From the NCBI GenBank assembly GCA_002633005.1, contig NMRA01000459.1, positions 293,502 through 357,501 of the forward strand: a stretch of 64,000 bases of DNA, in the 5' to 3' direction. This DNA comes from Phoronis australis. Its lineage: Eukaryota > Animalia > Phoronida. Position numbers and translations under genes: made by a program. Positions 1 to 14,854 of the stretch are shown in pieces (the first letter of the stretch is position 1; each line of letters opens with the position of its first letter). The notes under the pieces are model-generated. The model searched no databases and was not told where the DNA came from. It worked only from the letters and a program-made list of their open reading frames with translations.

Positions 1-1261
1 TTATTGCACTACGCTAACTGTGGTACCTCATGGAACAATTCCACAGTTCTGATTTCTGGACTGCTTGTCTCCTAAGAATTGGACCCAAATTTTTGGAAGC
101 TGGGTCCACCGGATAACGCTGGAAGTAAAGGGCGCACAGTTTATGTAGATGACTTTGCCAGCTTGTTGTCAAGCATATTGCATGCATTTTGTGATGAATG
201 CTAAATGCCGCAGTTTCGACACATTCACTTTATCATCATGACGCCATTTAGTCGTTTGTCAATGAAGCCAACGTGATTTCTAAAACAAGGTTTTCTGATA
301 CACAAGTATAGCCCTCGTACAATGTAACTATGGAGTCAGTTTGGCGTTTGTCTCGAGGCGTAGCACACACATTGGAGGTCAAATATTTACCGCTGGTTTG
401 ATCGAGTAAAGCAAACACAGGCCCGTTTGCATCGAAACGAAAACAGCTGTGCGAAGAATGCGTTGAATGACTATTGTATAAATAATCTGAACTAGTGCAG
501 TATTGACCATTTTGAATACATGGGAAACAAAAAACTAGTACTTGGTGAGAAATTGACCTGAAATCCAATCTCATAATTATTGTACGCCTGCTCTAGACTA
601 TCAATATACGGTTTCGTGAGCCGACTTAGTTCACCGATGTCCCAGTAATTTGGAAAACTACCGTAACGTTGCTAACTAAACCGGGAAACTGAGTGCACCA
701 AACCAGTCTTGACTGATGAAACCATTTTCCAAAATTGTAATAGGCGTTCTAGACCGTGTTCAGTATCACTATTTTGCTTTTTTAACCATTGCGGTCATAA
801 AAGTTATGCTTATCGCTTTCACTGTTTTCGTGTATCATTGGAATTGATTGACGTGCTAGGTTCTAACAGATCGTTTGAATTACTGCATGTATCTCAAAGC
901 GGCCAATCATTTTGCTGTGCATTAAACTTCGACGAAACGTTCATTTCTTGATGTGGGAGCTACAGTGTACCACAAAACGTCGCCATGGAAGTGCGTGCGC
1001 GCTTCTGAGCACAGATGCATGGAAACGTGGACATGAAGCAACGAAGCGATACGTACACGTTGCTCATCACCTATGTCACTCTTTGTTTGGTTTTTATTTC
1101 CCACAAACTCTATGCCCGCTTGCTAGAGTTCACTCACCCGTAGCCCGACAATTAGTATTGCGCATGCTCACCATGTCTACAATGAATTGCAAATGAAACG
1201 GAATCAAGACTTACCACATGATTCAGTGCTGCTTTAATTCTTGGAAAAGGTGTGTCTGACG

Positions 1262-1387
1262 CATGGGCGGCGGGCTATAGCCCCCACTTTTTTCAGTGCT
1301 ATGCTGCACATGGTCTATAGGCGGTGCACCACAGGGGGGTTAAAGGGGCTTTAGCCCCCACTTATTTTCAGTGCTGCGCTGCCCATG
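1262..1387. mobile_element. MITE family B (TIR CATGGGCGGCG), dimeric form
   Basis: CATGGGCGGCG...CGCTGCCCATG; flanks TGACG/TGATG; two internal AGCCCCCACTT..TTCAGTGCT units. Confidence 0.7.
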
Positions 1388-2104
1388 TGATGGCGCGGCT
1401 GTGGTAGATTTTTCTGTAGACGTAGAATACAGTCATGTATTTACATATAGCCTGGTCCTATACTAACTGAGACTGGCCTAAGCGAATCCATTCTCACTTG
1501 CGATTCTTCGTGCAACATGAAACGGGAGCTGGCCCTCTTGAAAAAGAACCCGCAAGAGAAGACGAGGAGCGAAGTATGACCTAGAAATTTAATTAGATGC
1601 CGTTCGGTTACAGCAGAACCTCTAGGTCATACCCGCCGAGCAGTAGTGCGTAGCTAGCAAATACGCAGCACTGTCGCAACGGTTTTGACTTACTTATGGT
1701 TTATTCTGAAGAAGGTTAGGGCAGTTAAGCAGCTAGACTCCGGTCTATTGGCTACGTTCATAACTAATCAGCAAACTGTGTTATATGTCCCGTATGTATT
1801 TTTCAAGGACGCGAAAGTGCACTCTATAACTGGTTAAGCTATTCAGTAAGTTTACAAATTTAAAAAATCGATTTATTTCAATCCGAAAATAGGATAGTGC
1901 CTTATTCATAATGTCTATATGGGCTGTTAGCCGGCGACCCCAATCTTGATGGAAGTCGTAAACTGTAAAATAAATTCAAGACTTGCTGACAATTTCTGAA
2001 CATGGCCGCTAAACGGTCACCTAGAACAGAAGGACACGGTTCCTCTTACACCAGTCATATATTGCTGACACTCGGCAGTGGCAGCGCCTATGCTCGCTGG
2101 AGTC

Positions 2105-2363
2105 CATGCGTGCACCTAGCTCGTAAAAATGAGGGGCTCGAATTTTTTAGAATGATTTTACTAAGATTCACAGGGTACGTTCAGAGCTATGAATTGTGCA
2201 TTCGCCGAATTTTGGTAGTTCCTGTCTTTTTAGTGAACATTTGTCTCGTCTACATTTTTCCGAGTGTTTGTTCCTCTGATGCGGACTTTTTTGCCCACTT
2301 CACCAAATGTGGGGGGCTCCTCCCCCGAGCCCCCCCCCCACCCCGTGCATGGGTGCGCGCATG
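2105..2363. mobile_element. MITE family A (TIR CATGCGCGCACC), copy 1
   Basis: TIRs CATGCGTGCACC / GGTGCGCGCATG; exact 5-bp TSD GAGTC. Confidence 0.8.
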
Positions 2364-3748
2364 GAGTCAGTTCAGCGCAGCACTGATAAAAATGTTTCTG
2401 CCCTAAATGAATATACATTTACTAACCAAACACGCGAGTGAATCATGCACAATAATTATGTAACTCGAAGCATTTTTACGAATTGATCACCGTATTTTGA
2501 AGTATTCATCCTAGATGTTCTTTTCATTTTAACTTCACAAGAATTCGCAGTTCCAAACTAAAGAAACCTGTTCGCGTTGAAAAGAGCATTTCCCCAAAAC
2601 GCCCCCCTTGTATGCTTTCCCTCCTGATCTCATTGACTGAACCGGAAGGCTATTCTCGTTTTCGTATATGGATAACATGCCTTTCGCACCGCCCTCGTGT
2701 TACCTGGTCGGCGCTGCAAACGCCAATAATTTCTGGTGTGTATGCAACCCTTGCTGAACAAATAAGTCTGCCGCTCCAAAATAAGGTAGAGTGGACAGCT
2801 TACATAGTGACATAAACCCTGTTCCGATTGGACTTCAACTGGTTCGCGGCATACTTTGGTATCGCTCTGTGGCGGCAAAGCACCGATCACTTCGCCATTT
2901 TTTCTCTATTTCGCTGGCGAAAAGACGGCGCTGTTGGGTTCGAGGTTCATTTCAGAATTTTCCCGGTTTCGTCGGTATTAACGAATAAAAATTTGCTTGG
3001 AGTGTGAAGTCGTAGTGTTTTTAATAGGCCTTTCAAAAGCGGCTGCGCTTTCCTACCATTACTAGTGCATTTGACTAGTGAACTAGTGTTATAAATAATA
3101 CTAGTGAAAAATAGGCAAAAAAAGTGTGCTGAAAATGACTGCATTTAATTGGTTCAATTTTGACAATGTTTCTCAAATAGCGACATTTACGTTGCAGCGG
3201 ATCAAGTTTGCTAGGGAGAGATTCATGAAAAGAATCCTACCTGGACACCCTCACCGGTCGAGGTTGGGCAACTCGACCGCTTTTTGTACCCCAGAATCTG
3301 CCGGTTTGGACCAAAGACTCCATGCCGTTCTGTTTAATGAAGTCGCCTGAGACTGCTGATGTTATCGTTCTCTAGATAACGAGATTCGTCATAAAAACTT
3401 TGGGGGCGGCAATAATATTTTAAATTTTCGTTTTGAAACTAAATGTAAATAGCATGTTTGAATAGTTCGTGAAAAGCACACGTGATAATGTTTTTTTGAA
3501 AATTGGAACAGAAAACTGACTTCTACAACAAAAAACGTTTGTTTAATGTTGCAATAAAATGTTCCTTATTAATTCTGCTGGGTGTGCAACATATTTGGGC
3601 CAATTAGCAAACCACCAAGCAGCAGCTGGATTTTGAGGTAAGCCAAGTGTCATCATACAATTCTTGGCGTGCTGAGAACACGTTGATATTTCGTCATGCA
3701 CACCTTAGTTTTTCTTTATGGGCTAGCCCTAGCATCATGACTGGGTTT

Positions 3749-3998
3749 CATGCGCCCACCCGAGGGGCCTTGGGGGGGTCTCACCCCATTTGGCGAAGTG
3801 GGCACAAAGGTCCGCCTCAGAAAAACGAAAAGTCCGAAAAAGTAGAAAAAGAGACACAACTCCACTAAAAAAGCAGGAACTTCCAAAATTCGGCAAATGC
3901 ATAATTTATAGCTCTGAACGTACCCCGGTAATTTTTTAGTAAAAGGTCCACGTTCTCAAAATTCGAGCCCCCATTTTTGTAGGCTGGGTGCGCGCATG
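3749..3998. mobile_element. MITE family A, copy 2 (opposite orientation)
   Basis: Reverse-complement similar to 2105-2363 along its length; same TIRs. Confidence 0.75.
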
Positions 3999-5227
3999 GG
4001 TCACAACGGTTTATTTGGGCGTCGCAACTATAGTTAGTAACCTACAGTGTACAAGTGCAACTGTAGAATTTGCAAACAACAGGTGTGTTCTAAGCGGTTT
4101 CTATACCTGTACCAGCATATCTATAGATACTGATTAACAGGCAGGTCACGTGTTAAATGCCGCAAATTCTCGAAAATGACTGAATAATGACTAAATCTAC
4201 TCCGTCGGGTGTCGCCTACAGTGAATGTCTACTAGATGAACTGACGTTCTAACTGAAAGCCACATCGTGAGCGCACAAGACACGACTCATCATCTGCATA
4301 GGAAAAGGTTTATACGTGCTTGTTTGCGAATCAGTTGAGATTTGAAATTTTCAGGTATGCTTAAGCCGCCAAGCTCTGGTGGCCGGCATTGGATTATCTG
4401 AAAGTTAATTATGTTATCCAGCACTTTTGTCTCACAGCCAGCTTTTACCTTGACTGTGCAATGGCCTATGCTGATAAGGTCAGAAGGTCACCGTAAATCG
4501 CCAACCCAGTGAAATAGCTGGTTATGTCAAATGTATACGGTAAAAGCGAAAATCTCCTCACACAGCTCAAGGTTTAAAAATCTATACCGGCAATACGAGT
4601 ATGCAACTAAAGACTTGCTATGCAGATTTTGTGAGAAAAGTCCTTGCCGCGAAACCTTTACAATGATGTTTAATAGCCACGTGTACAATGATGGCTATCG
4701 AGAAGCAATTGAAAGGCAGAAAGCCGGCCCTGGTCTGCCGTGTGATGAGTATTCCATAAAGTATTCTTAGGCTGCACTCTTCTTAAGTGGACAGTGTAGA
4801 TGAAAATATTAAAAGACTCATAACTACTTCAACGTAATTGTAATTGCGCTGAAAAACGTCATAAATCAAGAAAATTACACGGGTCAGGTGTACTTTCACA
4901 TCGTTTTCTTCATGACTTAAAAAAAAAAAACATGTCCGAAGTGACCTCCGAGTTTCGACTTTCGAAATAAAAGGTTGTGCTATGTACGTTATGTCATTAG
5001 TTTTTTGACTGGCCAGTCTCTCAGTATACTACACAATTCCAGGCTGCATAGTACATGACTTCGTGCGATTTTGACCCTTATAGTATCAGTGTAAAATGTG
5101 GCGCTTTTAATTTGAGATTTCGCCCACCTGGCATGTTTGAGCGATATAAACCATCTGGAATGCTTGAATCATTTGAAATTGATTTCGTAAACATGGACAT
5201 CCAGGCTACCCAGTATGTGGTTATTTA

Positions 5228-5394
5228 CATGGGCGGCGCAGCAATGAAAAAAGTGGGAGCCAGGGGGGAGCTAAAGCCTCCCTCAGCCCCCCTGTGGTGC
5301 ATCGCCTATAGACCATGTGCGGCGTAGCACTGAAAAAAGTGGGGGACTATGTCACTATAGCCCCCTCCCAGCCTCCTAAGGTGCGCCGCCCACT
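5228..5394. mobile_element. MITE family B, dimeric form, reverse orientation
   Basis: Reverse complement of 1262-1387, including the internal junction CCTATAGACCATGTGC. Confidence 0.7.
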
Positions 5395-7517
5395 AGTAAT
5401 TGGGTCATAATTAAAACACCCGCTTGTGGTACGTAGCTTATATACAAACACGAATGTGTTCTTGCACTTTGATGTACAATTTATGCATAAACTCTAGCTA
5501 ATATTGTGTTTACGTTTTCGAGTATGTGTGCCTGTATGGTTGTGCGTGGCGCTTCATCGTTGTCTAACGATCTGCTCGCGCCGCTAAAGGTGTTTTAAGC
5601 GTATCTAATTAGTAGAGTCACTTGCTAGTGTCTGGCAGACAACGGCAAAAATTGAGGAATTTTAATAAAATCATGCAAAAATTCTACAGATTTTGTTGTT
5701 CTTCAGTTCTCTTAGAAGCTAATAACTCTACCCCGCCCAATGATAAATGCGTTTTTCAACCCATAAACCGTTAACGCCTCTTTGACATGATATTTTATTC
5801 GTCCACGAATTACAATATTGAGAATTGTAAGTTATCACAATGTAAGAATATACATGTACGCGATAGGTGCGTTGGAATGATCACTATCAAGCCCGCAGCT
5901 CAGCCTGTATTTATATATTTTGACTATAAATTCCGTTCGATTTTTGAGTGAAGTTCTATGTCATTCACTTTGGTGGATATTTAGTTATTGCATCACCAAG
6001 ATAACACGTTTGCATTTTCATGTTAAAAGAAAATCAGTTAAAACTAAGTTTTGATTAAATGGAAAATCGAAAGTTCAAATTCAGTCGATGAAAGTTATAG
6101 CCAAAGTGAAACAAAAATCACAATTGCCATATTTATTGGCTTTGTGATGTTTCGACACTAATACTTCAATTTCCAAACCAAGAGCCCATCTTAGCGTCCA
6201 AACCTTTCCTCCTTTTTTCCCATCAAATTCCCCATTCTACCTCAGTCAACTGTCTACTTAGCCCTCTCCTCCTTACGTTTTGTCGACAGGTGACTGAGAT
6301 GTGGGTCAGCATTCTACCTGAGACAATCCCGCATTCGTGTACGCATGCTGGCGAGCTCATATCAAAGATACTGTAAAATCTTTGCTCATATGGCGACTGA
6401 AGGATTACGCAAAAATTCCGTGACCTCTTGCCTTTCAGTTCAAATTAATTAAGTTTCGACCATGGAAAGGGTTGCTATAGTAACACTCTCAGAAACGCAG
6501 CTGTTGCGGATAAGTGGCGATGCACTTCGCTATGGTTTTTTTGGTGTATATAGTGCATGTCCCGCATTTGAATAATTTGATATATTTGTGACGTGACTGA
6601 TCGTGAGATATGACTCACAAGGACAAATTGAGATGCGTTGATGTAAATGGTCATTATAAGCTGTCCATCAACTTGTAGTTTATTGATAACCAGTGCACAT
6701 CTCGGGCACATACTCGCCGGTCGACTAGTAGACGAACCTTCGCTTAGTCTTTAATTGACCATAAATCTTATTTGTTTTGTTGGCAAACTTATCATCCCTG
6801 TCGGCTGCACATAGTGTAGGCGGGTAACAATTATTTGTTTGTTTTCACCAGTTGGCAAATCGGGATGTCACCCGAATCAGACGGCAAATCTAAGGCTACG
6901 AACGTCATCAACCTTCTGCAAGTTATGCCTCGCATCGTTTTGTGTATTTGTCGTCCCTACAATAGCCGTGTGTAGATGGCCACCACTCCGCCCTCTGGTA
7001 TTTTATAAGTTAACACATTCAAGAGAAAGATTTTATTTTCGCATGATGTCTTCCGAACAGCCCCTGTTGCAAAATGAAGTCTCTGGTTTCCCACTCCAAA
7101 AACACCCATAACAAGCAGTAGTACCGTTACTGACTCTATAACCCTGTCTTCACTCAGAATTTTCATGAATGGATTAATCGATCAGCGCCATTTTGAGGAT
7201 CGGGGACGAGGCTGCCTGTACCACTTCGTGTACTTCGTTGCTCGAGAAATTGTGTTGAAACCACTGTCTACACGGCGCTGATTATAGTCGTATGCGACAG
7301 TCGCAAACGAAGTTGTACGCGACAATTCGATGTGTGAAGACGGGCTGCTCCAAAAGACGTGCACGAAGTCGTATGATATGCGGACGACGAGATATCGGAA
7401 TGTGTATTTACTTAAATTCTTAGTCTGGCTGCCTATTACGTAATCGGAATTTAATCTCTCACGGTAACGGGTAATTAGCTCAGTTAGATCGCGATTGTTG
7501 GTATGCAGTTTTATCAC

Positions 7518-8074
7518 NNNNNNNNNNNNNNNNNNNNNNNNNNNNNNNNNNNNNNNNNNNNNNNNNNNNNNNNNNNNNNNNNNNNNNNNNNNNNNNNNNN
7601 NNNNNNNNNNNNNNNNNNNNNNNNNNNNNNNNNNNNNNNNNNNNNNNNNNNNNNNNNNNNNNNNNNNNNNNNNNNNNNNNNNNNNNNNNNNNNNNNNNNN
7701 NNNNNNNNNNNNNNNNNNNNNNNNNNNNNNNNNNNNNNNNNNNNNNNNNNNNNNNNNNNNNNNNNNNNNNNNNNNNNNNNNNNNNNNNNNNNNNNNNNNN
7801 NNNNNNNNNNNNNNNNNNNNNNNNNNNNNNNNNNNNNNNNNNNNNNNNNNNNNNNNNNNNNNNNNNNNNNNNNNNNNNNNNNNNNNNNNNNNNNNNNNNN
7901 NNNNNNNNNNNNNNNNNNNNNNNNNNNNNNNNNNNNNNNNNNNNNNNNNNNNNNNNNNNNNNNNNNNNNNNNNNNNNNNNNNNNNNNNNNNNNNNNNNNN
8001 NNNNNNNNNNNNNNNNNNNNNNNNNNNNNNNNNNNNNNNNNNNNNNNNNNNNNNNNNNNNNNNNNNNNNNNNNN
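7518..8074. other. Assembly gap (N-run)
   Basis: Run of N. Confidence 1.
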
Positions 8075-11000
8075 ATTGGCAGTTCGTTTGAGACTGGCTC
8101 GGCGCTGAAAATGACATGCCTGTCCTCGAGCAATAACGAACTGACCGTTCTTTGGGAACCCTTACCTCATTTCCATTTGACAAAGGAACAATGTTAGACC
8201 AATTTCATAGCGGTAAGTGTTCTAAATCAATTTTTTGGTTGCAGATGGGTTTAGAACTACGTAAATACAGTGAGGCATTCATCTACGCTATCACGTATAT
8301 GCACATTTAATTATATACTGCGCTATAATTCATTGCGATCACCAACGCTAAGGGTGTGTTCGTGCACGTTTTTTGCCCACCTCAACTCTATTCCTGCCGT
8401 AAGCATGCGGGTTAAAGGTGCTATGTCGCATTAAAACCGTGAATATTTAAATTGGTAGCAATTTTCACCTTGTGACTTTCTGGAGAACTGTGTGTGCAAG
8501 TACGATCTGGAATAAAAACCAATTTGTAATTCTTTTGCGGTTTTAAAGAAAACACTTCAACTGATACACTTGAAACAAGTATGGACATAAAAAACCTACT
8601 AATTTCAAATATTACGGAATTGTTATTTGATAGTGACCCCAACAAATAATAAAAATCCCGCCTTATTTCATTAGGGTAACGAAGAAATGTTATCATACTC
8701 ATTTACATAAAAGTAGATTCGCAAAACGATTTTCGCGAGATTGTAATAGTAACTGGTTTCGAATGGTTTCCGGCACACTAGAGGACCCGGAATTGTTTGT
8801 AGGTAGTACTTCAATTGCATGTTCGCAATTTAATGAGAGTACGCATTTTGAACCCTGCGGTAGTAACGCTCGTCTCGTCGCCGCTCAATGCTGACTGGAT
8901 TTTGAACTAGGGTTGACGTATACTAGAATTACCAGGAAATTCTGCAAACAGGTCAATATTCGCGAATTTTTGCCGGAAGTGGTTCCATAGACTTTCTTTC
9001 GAGCTGCACTAGTTATAATTTCTCAGGATTCCCTATTCATTTTCTTGAAATGAATAGTGTTTGCGAGAGTCAATGACTTCATTCACTAAACTATAAGGAT
9101 GTTTAATGTGACAAACCTGAGATAAGCGAATAGGGAAATTCAAACTAAACAGATTTTTTGCACGTGATACTCCGAAACCAATCATCGTGATAAGTTAGCC
9201 TCGTGCCTTTGTGCTATTTAGCGAGATTCACGTCTGACTTACTTAGTAAATCAGCAGATAGCAAGTGAATGTTGTTTGAAAAACAAGGAAACGACTTAAT
9301 CATTGAATAAACAACTAAAATACCGCCTTGCCTATCATTTGAGAACCATTGACCAAAACCAAAAGTTTTTCCTTACCAGGAAATTCAAAATTAACCATTT
9401 TGTACCGTGTTCCCGGGTATAACTCGCTGAAAATGATAAAGGATGCTTTATAAGTCGCGTTTACTCTCAAATGAGCTACGATACTTCACCCTCTGAAAGA
9501 AGTACATGTATAAAAAGTGGATACTATGTTAGGCCTACTGTCGTGACGAATTCGTTTAAAAAAACGCAGCAGTTTAGTTTGTGATGTAAACGGAGAAGCC
9601 GGACCTCACTGTTTGTCTGTTGTGATGTAGGTATGACAACCACCTCACAACCTTTGTTAACGATGATAGTAATCTTTTTCATACGTTTTGCGGGTACATG
9701 TATATATGAAACCAGTGGCCTAGAAAGGTGCTTGCACGAACAGCGGCTACCGCCCTTTGTCATTGAAATGAACTAAATTGTGATAAATTTATACAGATTT
9801 TTGTTTATCAAATTGAACATTTCACGAGGAAGTGGTCGTTCAGACATCGTACTACAGTTCACAATCATATTCTCTTTACACTTTGTGAAATGCTTTCTCA
9901 TGCGTGTCTAGATTGCTTTAGTATGATACGAGACATGCCTTTAAGATGACGACCAGTGTTTGCTGTCGAGACTGCTCTAGATTTTACTATTTCATTTCAA
10001 TACGATGTTAAACCAATGTTTAATATTTCAAAATCTACCTGTGATTTGGGAGTGTCAGTAATATGCTCAGCCTATAAATGAACAGCCCTGAGATAGCTGC
10101 ACATAAAATCTATGTTTTCTCTGTTTGTTTTTAATGGAAGCTCAACCCTGCAAAATGCGACCTTTCAAGAATTGCTTAGGTAAAGAAAATCGGCTCTTTG
10201 TGTGAATTAATATCAGATAGTGTGTCGTCCGCGTGCTATTTGCCCAAGTTAAAGTTTATCCCATACGCGTTGAATCAGTCGACTACAATACGGCCAGGTG
10301 ATATTGTTTTCGTATTACCCTCCCGCACTACTTCAACAGTGATTATATGACACTCCTGTCTCAGTTCTCAGTTGCTAAATATTATATCGTCTGCAACTAA
10401 GGCGCCGATTTCTCGGTAACTACAATATCAAAATATCAAATGTTGTTATTTAACTATTTTCAAGAAGTGTTACAACTAAAAGGTCAGTTTACAATTACCG
10501 TCGTTTTCATCTTCGTTTATCTCTTTTCAAGTAATAAATCGTTACATTTAAAAACTGTTTCTTTTTGCTAGAGAAAACTTAACTAACGTGCGAGTACATA
10601 CATATAGGAGGTGATCCGTCGCGTAAATAGTCTGGGTGAAGTATTTAACAAATCTGCCGAAACAATGAAAAAACGAGACATTATTCTGCGTATTGACTTC
10701 GACCTTCGGTCTCGGTTGATACGCGTGGAATATTGCTTACTCTACCGCACTCTCAGTACGTTTTCCATGTGGACTGAATTTACCTTTATTTGCCTGTAAG
10801 GAGACATGTTGACCATTTAAGAATAATTCGGATTATGGAATCATCATTACATTCGTATGAAGTCATATATAGTTTAATCCGTAGGTGGAACAGCACTGTC
10901 TTTTTCCGTAGACTCAATACACGAGTCGCAAATGAAAGCCAGTGTGACAACACTTCTGCATGGTGATATCTCAAAAAGACTTGCGTGAAATAGATTGCTC

Positions 11001-12572
11001 GCAAATTATTTTGCGGAATGCTGTCCAGGCATCAGTGAGTCATCACATTTGTCTGTCGATCACGGCGAGACCTTTATATTACTTCACAAAAACCTGCCTT
11101 TTTAAAATCAAAACCGCGTAACCATTGATAGCAACGATCAATTATGAAGGTATGAACGGTCAATATGGGGAAGTGTTGACTCCGAAAATAAGTGTGTAAC
11201 GTCTTAATGTGGTCAAAACACGTATTAATTAAAGTCAACTACTAGAGGTCTAACAAAAACTTCGACGTCTAAGTATCCCAGGTGGCGTGCTTTGTAGCCC
11301 CCCCTCCCCACCTCACTTTTTCAATGTTGACCAGTGTACTCTCACGCCGTTACAGTATACAGCATGTATCTGCATCTACTGTGATCGTATTGAAGCAACA
11401 AACAATTACAACTTGTGCATTGTTGGAAGGACCATCCCTTGTTGCTAAGTTACTACACGTCATTTTTAACACGAATCACGGGTTAGAGATTAAAATCGGT
11501 TAATCGTAACTAATGTGCTGTGAACCATGTGAACCGTGCTTATAGCCTATTGTTTATCTCCTCGCTATCATTTTACTGAAGATATCTAATCATCCGTAGC
11601 ACTGTTGGGTGTTGAAGGCGCTTCATCTGGCGTTGCTACACGTATAATGTATCGTCTCTGACCTTCATATTGCGCAGTGTGTAACTGACACCACGGTCTA
11701 TACAGCATGCAACAAAATATGCTTGTGGCTGTGTTTATAGGTCAGTTCACGTCCCTGCTTCACCAGTTTTGATTCGCGTCTTGTGCAAGTGCGCTAAATT
11801 TAATCACACAAGCTAGTTTGCGGTGCACAATGGTTTTCATTAGTCAAAAGATATGACCAAAATAGAAACATTTCATTCATGTACGTAACTGGCATGAATG
11901 TATTTGCGTCTTTAGTGTCATTCAACTGTGGTGGAACAAATTCAAAAATCAAATTACTAATTAACATATTCTGTTTCCTTAGATGACATTGATGTCACCA
12001 TGAACGAGCAGTTGGCAGTTGGGAATTAGTTCAAACCGGTTTGCGCTTTAATTCGTCTTTAAGTAAACGTATAGTAACTTGGCATTTGTCGCCTCAAACG
12101 CCCTCGTAACGAAGATCACACACACACAGAGCTGAAATGTGCTAAATACCGAAACCCGATGAACTTTTACTTATGCGCACATTCCATACGCCTCTTAGCT
12201 TAGATCAAGTGAGTACTCTGTCGTTTGTCATATGCATTTATGTCGTATGCGCCTCGTCACGTGGTACCTAGGCGAGCATGAGTGGGGGTGATGGGTGAAC
12301 AAAGCATACCTTTTTCGACTACGCTTTGAGGACTCTACAAAACACGTGTCACACGTTTCTCATTTGCGATTGGTTATTCGAAGTGAACTGCAGAAACATT
12401 GACGTCAGTGCGTGAATATATTGCATGGATTTATATGAACTTGGAATGTTTTTAAAACTGAGTCATTATTCCAATGAAAAAAAGTTTTTTAAATTAAGGA
12501 CTTTGCCATGGAAAAGTCCTTATGTCTTAAATTCCGACTAGTCTTCAACGCAGTCTGCACATGCGCTCTTTA

Positions 12573-13479
12573 GGGGGAAAAGTTACCGTCTTGGAAGCCT
12601 TTTTGGTTAATTTCGTACTCGGGGTATTTACACTGTAATACTGAAATTCATATATTTTGAATATTTTTAGTCTTTTTTATAGGAACATGCAATGTTAACA
12701 ATTCCTCAAACCGTAATTGTGACGCTGTGAGCAAGCGCGCTATGTAAACACCCGTGTCGACCGACCTTGAAGTGAACTCAGTGTCAGAGCAGCCCTATCG
12801 CGAAAAAGCGATTGGTCACAGCTCAGTCGACTTGGACCGGCGGTTGACGCAACTAACTTGCTGTGCGCGCCACCACTTCCGGTTTGAGGGCAACCATTTA
12901 TTCCCGTCAGAGAACATTATATATGTACTCGTATGTATACGACACCTCACCTTGACCAAAAAAAAGCGTAAAAGCGGCTGATGATATAAGGCGAGTCTGG
13001 CGAAACTTCTGTCGTGTCCCGGAGACGTGGCATTGTATAGTTCGCAAATAGTGCCTGAATTGATAACTAAAACCCAGGCAATCAAATAGTGTTGATAGGT
13101 CAAAAATATAGTGAATCAAAGTTTTGTTTCTGAACTTTCAAAGGTTAGTAAGGTGTACTATTAGTCAACCCCGCCCGCTCATTGTCACAGTGATTACCTC
13201 GCCATGCAAGAGGCAAAACAGAAAGTCACCACGACAACGCCAGGTCATTGCATGACTGCGCGCTCAAGCGACCAAACTGTGAGAAGTGAGGTACTTATGC
13301 GCAGTCTTTTGTGCGCGATAGGAGTTAGTAATACGCGCTAGTGTTGGCTTATGTGAGAAAAGAATGAACTGATATTCTAATTTCATTTTCATCGAAATCG
13401 ATAAAACTGATAAATATCTTCGTGACTAAGCAAAATTCCAAATTGACGAAAAATGTTCTAAAATAGGTAACGTTCCCCT
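12573..13479. mobile_element. Kolobok-like non-autonomous element
   Basis: Imperfect TIRs GGGGGAAAAGTTACC / GGTAACGTTCCCCT; flanked by TTTA and TTAA. Confidence 0.5.
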
Positions 13480-14112
13480 TTAATTTGTGGAAAAACGCCA
13501 ACATTACCCTTTGTTTGCTGTAAAAGCATTTAATCGGCTGCAGTCATATTTATTCTGTGAATATATTTATTTATTTGTAAATAACCGTAGGACTTCCGTT
13601 CGAACAGAACGAATTACAGAAATCACGGCACAAATGGGTCAAGTGTAGTCAATTTCTTACAAATTATTAGTTCATGGAGCGGAATGAGAAACCACTATAG
13701 GACCGACAGTCAGTCGACTTGAATTCCCAATAAATATCGAATGGGATTGATAATGTTTTGGTCACATTCCAGACGACTTATTGCCAATCACAATTTCGCA
13801 CCCGTTTCAATGTTAGCACCTGTGTGATCATCAGTTGCATGCACTCCTTGTAGACTCGTACGCTTTAAAATGCTCAGCTAAGCACATTCAATGGGTAATT
13901 GATGCACATCTATTAGCCATTTTTATTTGCTGCGGGTCTGTTTAGTAACGATTTAGTCTGACATTTGCCAATGAGACCTTTATCAACTCTGAGCCATTAC
14001 ATCAGTGGTCTCAGACAACCAGTATATTCGTCGTGCGTAGTTAGCGCTATCTGTTGTTTATGAAATCAATGTTTGTATTTTGCTTTTAAGAAAACTCCCT
14101 TTCTCTTTCCAG

Positions 14113-14354
14113 GCAAAAACGCCGAAGCTGTGGGTGAAGGCTGTTGTCTGTATGGCATTGTCTACTTCGTGCCTTTACTGAATTTGTTCTGCCTGACCAG
14201 CATCCGAGGCAAGATTAGAGAACAGAAGGGTATAGATGGCTCGTGCATAGGCGACCTGCTCATGGTGTGGTGTTGTCACTTCTGCGCACTTGTCCAGGAA
14301 GCACAGGAAGTGAGAGGTGGTGCTCCCATCGCTCAGTCCATGGCGCGCGAATAG
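14113..14354 (+). CDS. PLAC8/cornifelin-family cysteine-rich protein, terminal exon
   Basis: Polypyrimidine acceptor ttttctctttccag; (G)KNAEAVGEGCCLYGIVYFVPLLNLFCLTSIRGKIREQKGIDGSCIGDLLMVWCCHFCALVQEAQEV...QSMARE*. This has the PLAC8 signature R..IR...GI.GS...D......CC..CAL.QE. AATAAA at about 14762. The upstream exon was not found. Confidence 0.92.
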
Positions 14355-14854
14355 CTGGAAGAAGCTATATTCCGGAACAGTTTCAACTCGAGTGACATTT
14401 TATTTTCTACAGTATATTAAGTGTGGCAACTTTTCTAGACAGAACGTTAAAACAGCAGAACAATCCGTAAGCTTGAAATCAACCCTTAGATTAGTTTTTG
14501 CAAGTTGATATGAAATGCAAGTATATTTAATGTTTTTCTTTTGATATCACTGTTTGGCTCATCAAGACCTGTTACGAGTTTTAAAAATTCTGACTAAGAG
14601 TTTCCAAACAGAATTATTAATGAACAATTTGTTACTGTAAAATAACGCGTTATACTATTCTTTGGATACCTCGCGTAATTTAGAAATTAATTGTTCACTT
14701 TTGGCTACTGTCAAATTCAGGTCAAGCACAGAATTTATGTAAAAGAATTTTAATTCTTTAAAATAAATAAATTAAACACACAACAATGTGTGTTGGTACG
14801 CACAGCCAAGAAAACCGAGAATTACTTGGATCCATTCTCGTTCAATGAGGAAAT

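Noticed and set aside
27-118. Possible minus-strand exon (ttacttccag acceptor, gtacca donor; RYPVDPASKNLGP...)
   Set aside because: No recognisable homology and no confidently linked exons; it cannot be supported without RNA data.
2002-2418. ORFs overlapping MITEs (also 3647-3868, 15414-15605, 61608-61963)
   Set aside because: Chance frames across GC-rich non-coding repeats.
7182-8183. Long ORFs (198-333 aa) in the ORF track
   Set aside because: They are artefacts of translation through the N-gap.
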